Source: a virus (lineage: Duplodnaviria > Heunggongvirae > Uroviricota > Caudoviricetes). Taken from it: a DNA stretch of 33,744 nt. Positions 27,400 to 33,744 of this stretch are shown in pieces. Under the pieces are notes generated by a model. That model worked only from the letters and a program-made list of their open reading frames with translations. It searched no databases and was not told where the DNA came from. Both the position numbers and the translations under genes were made by a program. The number at the start of each line of letters is the position of its first letter. The stretch's first letter is position 1. The DNA lies in the IMG/VR virus record IMGVR_UViG_2778261543_000005, one strand, 5' to 3'.

Positions 27400-27947
27400 T
27401 GAGGACGATTGAAGCCATGCAGCGACAACTTCTCGGCCTGATTGGGCGGGCAGTGGTGAAAAGCATCAGTGCCGCCACGAAATGTCAGACTGTGGATGTG
27501 TCCCTGATTGCCGGTGAACCCAAAGCCGGGGTTGAACATCTTGAACCCTACGGTTTTACCGCAAGGGCAAACAGCGGTGCGGAAGCGGTGGTGTTGTTTC
27601 CGGATGGCGACCGTTCTCATGCGGTGGTTGTTACGGTGTCGGACCGGCGCTACCGCCTGAAAGGGCTGCAGACGGGTGAGGTGGCTGTCTATGACGATCA
27701 GGGGCAGTCTGTGACGCTGACCCGGGAGGGGATCGTGGTGGACGGTGCAGGTAAAACGATCACGTTTCGCAATGCGCCCAGAGCACGTTTTGAAATGGAC
27801 CTGGAAGTGACCGGACAGGTGAAAGACCTGTGCGACTCCGGCGGTACCACCATGTCAGCGATGCGGCTTGCCTATAACGGGCATCGTCACAGAGAGAACG
27901 GTCAGGGCAGTAACACCGACAAACCTGATAAAGCGATGGAGGCATGA
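27399..27947 (+). CDS. Baseplate spike / assembly protein V-like (Mu gp45-like)
   Basis: 182 aa; position in the baseplate block. Confidence 0.7.
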   Translation: MRTIEAMQRQLLGLIGRAVVKSISAATKCQTVDVSLIAGEPKAGVEHLEPYGFTARANSGAEAVVLFPDGDRSHAVVVTVSDRRYRLKGLQTGEVAVYDDQGQSVTLTREGIVVDGAGKTITFRNAPRARFEMDLEVTGQVKDLCDSGGTTMSAMRLAYNGHRHRENGQGSNTDKPDKAMEA

Positions 27948-28372
27948 TGGAACTGTGGCTGACGGTGAACGGTAAACGCACCTGCGCCAGCGCACAGCTG
28001 GATCCGCTGACCCGCGCCGTGGTGATTTCCCTGTTTACCTGGCGGCGGGCGGAGCCTGATGACAACGCCGATGTCCCGATGGGATGGTGGGGGGATACCT
28101 GGCCTGCGGTACAGAATGACCGTTACGGCTCCCGACTGTGGCTGCTTCAGCGCAGCAAACTGACCAATCAACTGGTGCAGACGGTAAGGGGGTATATCCG
28201 CGAATGCCTGCAATGGATGATTGATGACGGCGTGGTGTTCCGTATTGATCTGGATATCCGCCGTACCGGGATTAATGAACTGGGTAACAGTATCACTCTC
28301 TGGCGTCGTGACGGACCGGTAATGATTTCTTTTGATGATCTGTGGAGTGCGATAACGCATGGCGGACAGTGA
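27944..28372 (+). CDS. Baseplate wedge protein (Mu gp46 / T4 gp25-like)
   Basis: 142 aa; position before the J-like baseplate protein. Confidence 0.7.
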   Translation: MMELWLTVNGKRTCASAQLDPLTRAVVISLFTWRRAEPDDNADVPMGWWGDTWPAVQNDRYGSRLWLLQRSKLTNQLVQTVRGYIRECLQWMIDDGVVFRIDLDIRRTGINELGNSITLWRRDGPVMISFDDLWSAITHGGQ

Positions 28373-29417
28373 ATTTCAGCGCCCGACGCTGGCAGAAAAT
28401 ATCAGTATGCTCCGTAACGATTTATTCGCCAGGCTGGACGTCAGCGACACGCTCCGGCGCATGGATGAAGACGTGCGGGCAAAGGTGTATGCGGCGGCGC
28501 TGCATACGGTCTACGGGTACATCGATTATCTGGCAATGAATATGCTGCCTGACCTGTGCGATGAGTCCTGGCTGGCGCGACATGCTGCGATGAAACGGTG
28601 TCCGCGCAAGGGGGCCACGGCTGCCAGCGGGTATATGCGCTGGGAAGGTGTCAGCGATGGCCTGAAGGTGACTGCCGGGAGCGTGATTCAGCGCGATGAC
28701 CTGGTTCAGTACACGGCAACTGCCGATGCAACCAGCTCCGGTGGTGTCCTGCGTGTGCCGATCACTTGCTCAACTACAGGCGCGGTCGGTAACGCTGACG
28801 ACGGTACGGCATTAATCCTGGTCACGCCGGTGAATGGTCTGCCGTCTTCCGGTGTTGCAGATACCCTGACTGGCGGATTCGATACTGAAGATCTGGAAAC
28901 GTGGCGCGCCCGCGTCATTGAGCGGTATTACTGGACGCCGCAGGGCGGGGCTGACGGGGACTATGTCGTCTGGGCTAAAGAAGTGCCCGGCATTACCCGC
29001 GCATGGACATACCGTCACTGGATGGGAACGGGAACTGTCGGTGTGATGATTGCCAGCAGTGACCTGATTAATCCCATTCCGGAAGAATCAACGGAAACGG
29101 CGGCAAGACAACATATCGGGCCACTGGCCCCGGTGGCAGGCTCTGACTTGTATGTGTTCAGGCCGGTGGCACATACGGTGGATTTTCATATCCGCGTGAC
29201 GCCGGATACACCGGAAATACGGGCTGCCATCACCGCGGAGTTGCGTTCGTTCCTGCTGCGTGATGGTTATCCGCAGGGAGAACTGAAGGTGTCGCGTATC
29301 AGTGAGGCGATTTCCGGTGCGAACGGGGAATACAGCCATCAGTTGCTTGCACCGGCAGACAATATCTCCATTGCAAAAAATGAACTGGCGGTTCTGGGGA
29401 CGATTTCATGGACGTGA
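28359..29417 (+). CDS. Baseplate J-like protein (Mu gp47-like)
   Basis: 352 aa; position in the baseplate block. Confidence 0.75.
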   Translation: MADSEFQRPTLAENISMLRNDLFARLDVSDTLRRMDEDVRAKVYAAALHTVYGYIDYLAMNMLPDLCDESWLARHAAMKRCPRKGATAASGYMRWEGVSDGLKVTAGSVIQRDDLVQYTATADATSSGGVLRVPITCSTTGAVGNADDGTALILVTPVNGLPSSGVADTLTGGFDTEDLETWRARVIERYYWTPQGGADGDYVVWAKEVPGITRAWTYRHWMGTGTVGVMIASSDLINPIPEESTETAARQHIGPLAPVAGSDLYVFRPVAHTVDFHIRVTPDTPEIRAAITAELRSFLLRDGYPQGELKVSRISEAISGANGEYSHQLLAPADNISIAKNELAVLGTISWT

Positions 29418-29992
29418 CAAACGATGATTACATCCGTCTGTTGTCTGCACTGTTGCCCCCCGGTCCGGCGTGGTCAGCCAGCGATCCGGCGATTGCCGGT
29501 GCGGCACCGTCATTAACCCGCGTTCATCAGCGTGCGGATGCCCTGATGCGGGAGCTGGATCCGCGCACCACCACCGAACTGATAAACCGCTGGGAGCGTC
29601 TGTGCGGCCTGCCGGATGAATGTATTCCCGCAGGGACACAGACCCTTCGCCAGCGTCAGCAACGACTGGATGCGAAGGTTAACCTGGCGGGCGGCATCAA
29701 TGAGGATTTTTACCTTGCACAGCTTGCTGCCCTGGGCAGACCAGACGCTACCATCACGCGATACGACAAAAGCACGTTCACCTGCTCATCAGCCTGCACT
29801 GACGCTGTGAATGCGCCGGAATGGCGGTATTACTGGCAGGTCAACATGCCAGCAGCCACCAACACCACCTGGATGACATGTGGCGATCCCTGTGATTCCG
29901 CACTGCGTATCTGGGGGGACACCGTTGTCGAGTGCGTGCTTAACAAACTCTGCCCGTCGCATACCTACGTAATTTTTAAATATCCGGAGTAA
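29408..29992 (+). CDS. Tail protein (Mu gp48 / YmfQ-like)
   Basis: 194 aa immediately upstream of the tail fibre gene. Confidence 0.65.
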   Translation: MDVTNDDYIRLLSALLPPGPAWSASDPAIAGAAPSLTRVHQRADALMRELDPRTTTELINRWERLCGLPDECIPAGTQTLRQRQQRLDAKVNLAGGINEDFYLAQLAALGRPDATITRYDKSTFTCSSACTDAVNAPEWRYYWQVNMPAATNTTWMTCGDPCDSALRIWGDTVVECVLNKLCPSHTYVIFKYPE

Positions 29993-29995
29993 TCC

Positions 29996-30739
29996 ATGCA
30001 TCGTATAGACACGAAAACCGCGCAGAAGGATAAGTTCGGCGCGGGTAAGAACGGTTTTACCAGTGGTAACCCCCAGACTGGCACGCCTGCCACCGATCTG
30101 GATGATGACTACTTTGACATGTTGCAGGAAGAACTTTGTAGCGTTGTTGAGGCATCCGGTGCCAGTCTTGAGAAGGCGCGGCACGACCAGCTGCTTACCG
30201 CGCTTCGTGCGCTGCTGTTAAGCCGCAAGAATCCGTTTGGCGATATCAAATCGGATGGCACCGTGAAAACGGCTCTCGAAAACCTTGGAATAGGAGAAAC
30301 GGGAAAATACGACATTCTGCCAGCATCAAGAGGAGGCACTGGAGCGTCAACTATAGCCGGAGCATTGATAAACTTTGGTCTGAGTGATTTAGTGACTGCC
30401 GGATTAGTACAGGTGGAATCTGGTACAGACTTTATTACTGCTAAGATTCCATTTCTGTCAGGTGGTAGCAAGCGATTCCTGATGATACATGCCATCAAGG
30501 CGACAATGCCTGCAAATAATAACGGGTATAACCTTACTGTTACATTCCCGACTGCCTATGATAATGCACCGATACCAATTCTTGGCTCGACCGTAGGGTC
30601 GACTTCAACAACGGGTGGTACCACAGAGTCAATGAATATTTCATCAGTCACAAAATCGGGTTGCATCATTTCTTCAGCATGGCAAACATGGCATGAGGGG
30701 CAGGTATATCTTTTAACGATTGGAGGAGTTGCAGCATGA
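29996..30739 (+). CDS. Tail fibre protein; constant N-terminal part (about 29996-30285) fused to a variable C-terminal part inside the invertible segment
   Basis: A Pin-type crossover site lies inside the gene at 30274-30298; followed by a tail fibre assembly gene. Confidence 0.7.
   Translation: MHRIDTKTAQKDKFGAGKNGFTSGNPQTGTPATDLDDDYFDMLQEELCSVVEASGASLEKARHDQLLTALRALLLSRKNPFGDIKSDGTVKTALENLGIGETGKYDILPASRGGTGASTIAGALINFGLSDLVTAGLVQVESGTDFITAKIPFLSGGSKRFLMIHAIKATMPANNNGYNLTVTFPTAYDNAPIPILGSTVGSTSTTGGTTESMNISSVTKSGCIISSAWQTWHEGQVYLLTIGGVAA
30274..30298. repeat. Invertase crossover site (left), hix/gix-like
   Basis: tctcgaaaaccttggaataggagaa; its reverse complement matches the right site at 18 of 25 positions with a conserved CCAA(C/G)GTTT core. 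Confidence 0.6.
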
Positions 30740-31122
30740 AATATTATTCACCTTCAATTAATGGATTTCCCGAACAAAAGACTGATGACAGTATTGAGAT
30801 CAGTGAAGAGGTCTGGAGAATACTTCTTAGTGAAATTTACTCAGGCCGGGAGTTATTTAACGATGGCAGCGTACCCGCTACCCGTGTGCCGCAACCTACG
30901 CAAGAACAAGTAATTGCAGCCGCAGAAAATGAGCGCCAACGATTGCTGAATTATGCTGATACCGTAATGCTCGACTGGCGTACAGAATTGATGCTGGGTG
31001 AAATCAGCGACGCCAACAGGGCTAAATTGTCGGCGTGGCTGGCTTATAAAAATCAAGTTAAGTCGGTTGATGTGACAACTGACCCTGAGCATGTTAACTG
31101 GCCTATTCCCCCGGAGGCGTAG
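30736..31122 (+). CDS. Tail fibre assembly protein (active orientation)
   Basis: C-terminal motif ...[32 protein letters not shown] typical of Tfa proteins. Confidence 0.75.
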   Translation: MKYYSPSINGFPEQKTDDSIEISEEVWRILLSEIYSGRELFNDGSVPATRVPQPTQEQVIAAAENERQRLLNYADTVMLDWRTELMLGEISDANRAKLSAWLAYKNQVKSVDVTTDPEHVNWPIPPEA

Positions 31123-31555
31123 GCCATTCAATATCTGGAGCACTGGAAATATCGACCATTTCCAGTGCATCCAGATAATCCAGCCACAAATTATATTGTG
31201 CCAGTTCCTCACCTTTCAAACGACCGATAGCTGCTTTACCAGGCCATTGCTTACCGTTCATGTATTCGTTGGCATGGTCAATTCTCGACTTTTTCTCTGA
31301 GTCAGCCGCAGCAAGTTGTTCTTTATGCGTAGGTGACGGAAGATCTACCCAGCAAGGCAACCCATCATCACCAATGCCACGCATTTTACCCTCAGGAGCG
31401 TTTCCCATGAAAACCAGTGCATCTTCAGCATCTATATTGATGCCGTCTGACGGCCATGTGCCAGCAGTTAAATAATCATATTTCAGTGCCACAAGATAAA
31501 AAGCATTTTCCGTCGGGCTGAATACATAGTCGACCATTAATATCCCACTCCCCAT
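31103..31555 (-). CDS. Tail fibre assembly protein (alternative, inverted orientation)
   Basis: C-terminal motif ...[33 protein letters not shown] typical of Tfa proteins; convergent with the other Tfa. Confidence 0.75.
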   Translation of the reverse strand: MGSGILMVDYVFSPTENAFYLVALKYDYLTAGTWPSDGINIDAEDALVFMGNAPEGKMRGIGDDGLPCWVDLPSPTHKEQLAAADSEKKSRIDHANEYMNGKQWPGKAAIGRLKGEELAQYNLWLDYLDALEMVDISSAPDIEWPTPPGE

Positions 31556-31932
31556 ACTGCCACTGTTGAATTAGATTTCGTGTATGCGCAAGCGGCTTTG
31601 AATTTGACCCGGTCAACAATCGCTGCGCTAACAAAAGGGGCTCCATTAGTCGCGTAGATCACAGAATTGACCAGCGAAGGATTGATGGAAAGGCAAGCAT
31701 TAGGAAAGGCAACCGGCCATGAGCCATCAACAACGACCATATTACCGTCGGTAGATTGCGGCACTGATAGCGTCTTCCACTGAAGCAATGCTGTTCGTTG
31801 TACTCCACCAATTAATACTGGAATAGTGATGTTACCTGCACTGCTGGCTAATGCTGTCGCAGCAGGCATTTTCGCTGCTTCTCCCAAACCAACGTTTATG
31901 AAAATGCAGAAATAACGAGCAAATGGCATCAT
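31537..31932 (-). CDS. Alternative (silent) tail fibre C-terminal cassette, lacking its own N-terminal constant part
   Basis: Open frame on the minus strand running through the right crossover site at 31879-31904; would fuse to the constant fibre N-terminus after inversion. Confidence 0.5.
   Translation of the reverse strand: MMPFARYFCIFINVGLGEAAKMPAATALASSAGNITIPVLIGGVQRTALLQWKTLSVPQSTDGNMVVVDGSWPVAFPNACLSINPSLVNSVIYATNGAPFVSAAIVDRVKFKAACAYTKSNSTVAVWGVGY
31879..31904. repeat. Invertase crossover site (right), hix/gix-like
   Basis: ttctcccaaaccaacgtttatgaaaa, an imperfect palindrome about 55 nt upstream of the invertase start. Confidence 0.6.
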
Positions 31933-31958
31933 TCCTGCTTTTGTCAGGGAGATCTACC

Positions 31959-32513
31959 ATGCTTATTGGCTATGTACGTGTGTCAACAAATGACCAGAAC
32001 ACAGATCTACAACGTAATGCGCTGAACTGTGCAGGATGCGAGCTGATTTTTGAAGACAAGATAAGCGGTACAAAGTCCGAAAGGCCTGGACTGAAAAAAC
32101 TGCTCAGGACATTATCGGCAGGTGACACTCTGGTTGTCTGGAAGCTGGATCGGCTGGGGCGTAGTATGCGGCATCTGGTCATTCTGGTTGAGGAGTTGCG
32201 CGAACGAGGCATCAACTTTCGTAGTCTGACGGATTCAATTGATACTAGTACCCCAATGGGGCGCTTTTTCTTTCATGTGATGGGTGCCCTGGCTGAAATG
32301 GAACGAGAACTGATTGTTGAACGAACAAAAGCTGGACTGGAAGCTGCTCGCGCACAGGGACGAATTGGTGGACGTCGTCCCAAACTTACACCAGAACAAT
32401 GGGCGCAGGCCGGGCGATTAATTGCATCAGGCGTTCCTCGCCAGAAGGTGGCGATCATCTATGATGTTGGTATATCGACACTGTATAAGAAGTTTCCGGT
32501 CGGAGATAAATGA
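31959..32513 (+). CDS. pin: Serine DNA invertase, Pin/Gin/Hin family
   Basis: MLIGYVRVSTNDQNTDLQRNAL... N-terminal catalytic-serine domain and C-terminal HTH; near-identical by eye to Pin-type invertases. Track ORF begins at an upstream in-frame ATG (31923) that overlaps the crossover region. Confidence 0.9.
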   Translation: MLIGYVRVSTNDQNTDLQRNALNCAGCELIFEDKISGTKSERPGLKKLLRTLSAGDTLVVWKLDRLGRSMRHLVILVEELRERGINFRSLTDSIDTSTPMGRFFFHVMGALAEMERELIVERTKAGLEAARAQGRIGGRRPKLTPEQWAQAGRLIASGVPRQKVAIIYDVGISTLYKKFPVGDK

Positions 32514-32514
32514 A

Positions 32515-32549
32515 ACCGTAGCACGTCGTATGCAAGATCGTGCTGCGGT
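32515..32549. terminator. Hairpin (accgtagcacg ... cgtgctgcggt, 11-bp stem with one G-U, 13-nt loop) between convergent pin and GIY-YIG genes; candidate bidirectional terminator and copy A of a direct repeat
   Basis: Lies between two convergent stop codons with U-rich flanks; shares the 15-mer ACGTCGTATGCAAGA with 33545-33559. Confidence 0.45.
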
Positions 32550-32570
32550 TTATGCTTATCACTTAAAGAC

Positions 32571-33440
<870 letters not shown>

Positions 33441-33531
33441 CTAAGCCTTTGAATTTACATAGTACAAAAAAGATACTTTTCCTCATAATGTGAATTAATT
33501 TTATGTTTCGTTTGATGATTGGACCGGTCTC

Positions 33532-33572
33532 GAAACCCGTAGCCACGTCGTATGCAAGAACGTGCTGTGGCT
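33532..33572. repeat. Copy B of an about 40-bp imperfect direct repeat (copy A at 32512-32549) bracketing the GIY-YIG gene
   Basis: gaaacccgtagccacgtcgtatgcaagaacgtgctgtggct versus gaaaccgtagcacgtcgtatgcaagatcgtgctgcggtt; identical 15-mer core plus flanking similarity. Confidence 0.5.
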
Positions 33573-33744
33573 GGCTGGTGAACTTCCAATAGTGCGAATA
33601 TTGAATGATGTCCAGCCGTTACCGTTTTTACGTGTTTATTAGTGAACAAACCACTCGTCAGCAGACTCCTAGGTATGAACAAAAGTTTTAGGGAAGGTGC
33701 GAACAAGTTCCTGATATGAGATCATCATATTCATCCGGAGCGCA

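Larger units (their letters stand above)
30274..31904. mobile_element. Pin-invertible tail-fibre segment (about 1.6 kb) carrying two alternative fibre C-termini and two tail fibre assembly genes in opposite orientations
   Basis: Bounded by inverted crossover-like sites; mirror-image gene pairs inside; serine invertase gene immediately adjacent. Confidence 0.7.

Noticed and set aside
13575-30498. Numerous antisense or out-of-frame track ORFs inside structural genes (for example 13575-14015, 15717-16232, 17831-18358, 19981-20571, 23518-23943, 25675-26172, 30109-30498)
   Set aside because: Shadow ORFs typical of higher-GC coding sequence; each is fully contained in a well-supported gene on the other strand or frame and lacks start context.
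33455-33706. Track ORF 33455-33706 (minus) as a gene
   Set aside because: No RBS, lies in an AT-rich intergenic region that contains the direct-repeat copy B; product unrecognisable.

Overview
This window is almost entirely a temperate prophage with a mosaic (SfV/e14-like) layout; its integrase and attachment ends are not in the window. From left to right: an unexplained GC-rich structured non-coding stretch (about 100-500); an AT-rich cargo cassette (593-2361); a lambdoid immunity and early region (CI-like repressor, Cro-like, O-like replication initiator with internal iterons, PerC-like regulator, standalone LexA DNA-binding domain, RusA, KilA-N, Q antiterminator); a KAP-family P-loop NTPase on the opposite strand between Q and the late terminator; a lambda-type lysis cassette (holin, R-like endolysin, Rz/Rz1); a two-gene AT-rich cargo operon on the opposite strand; HNH plus terminase and an HK97-type head module; a Mu-type contractile tail and baseplate module with a -1 frameshift site in the tail chaperone; and a Pin-invertible tail-fibre segment followed by a GIY-YIG nuclease gene bracketed by about 40-bp direct repeats. 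The strongest candidates for undescribed anti-phage or accessory functions are the KAP NTPase, the two-gene operon at 11683-12688, the left cargo cassette (TerB-like repeats plus BRCT), and the GIY-YIG gene. All functional calls are from reading motifs by eye; no searches were run.
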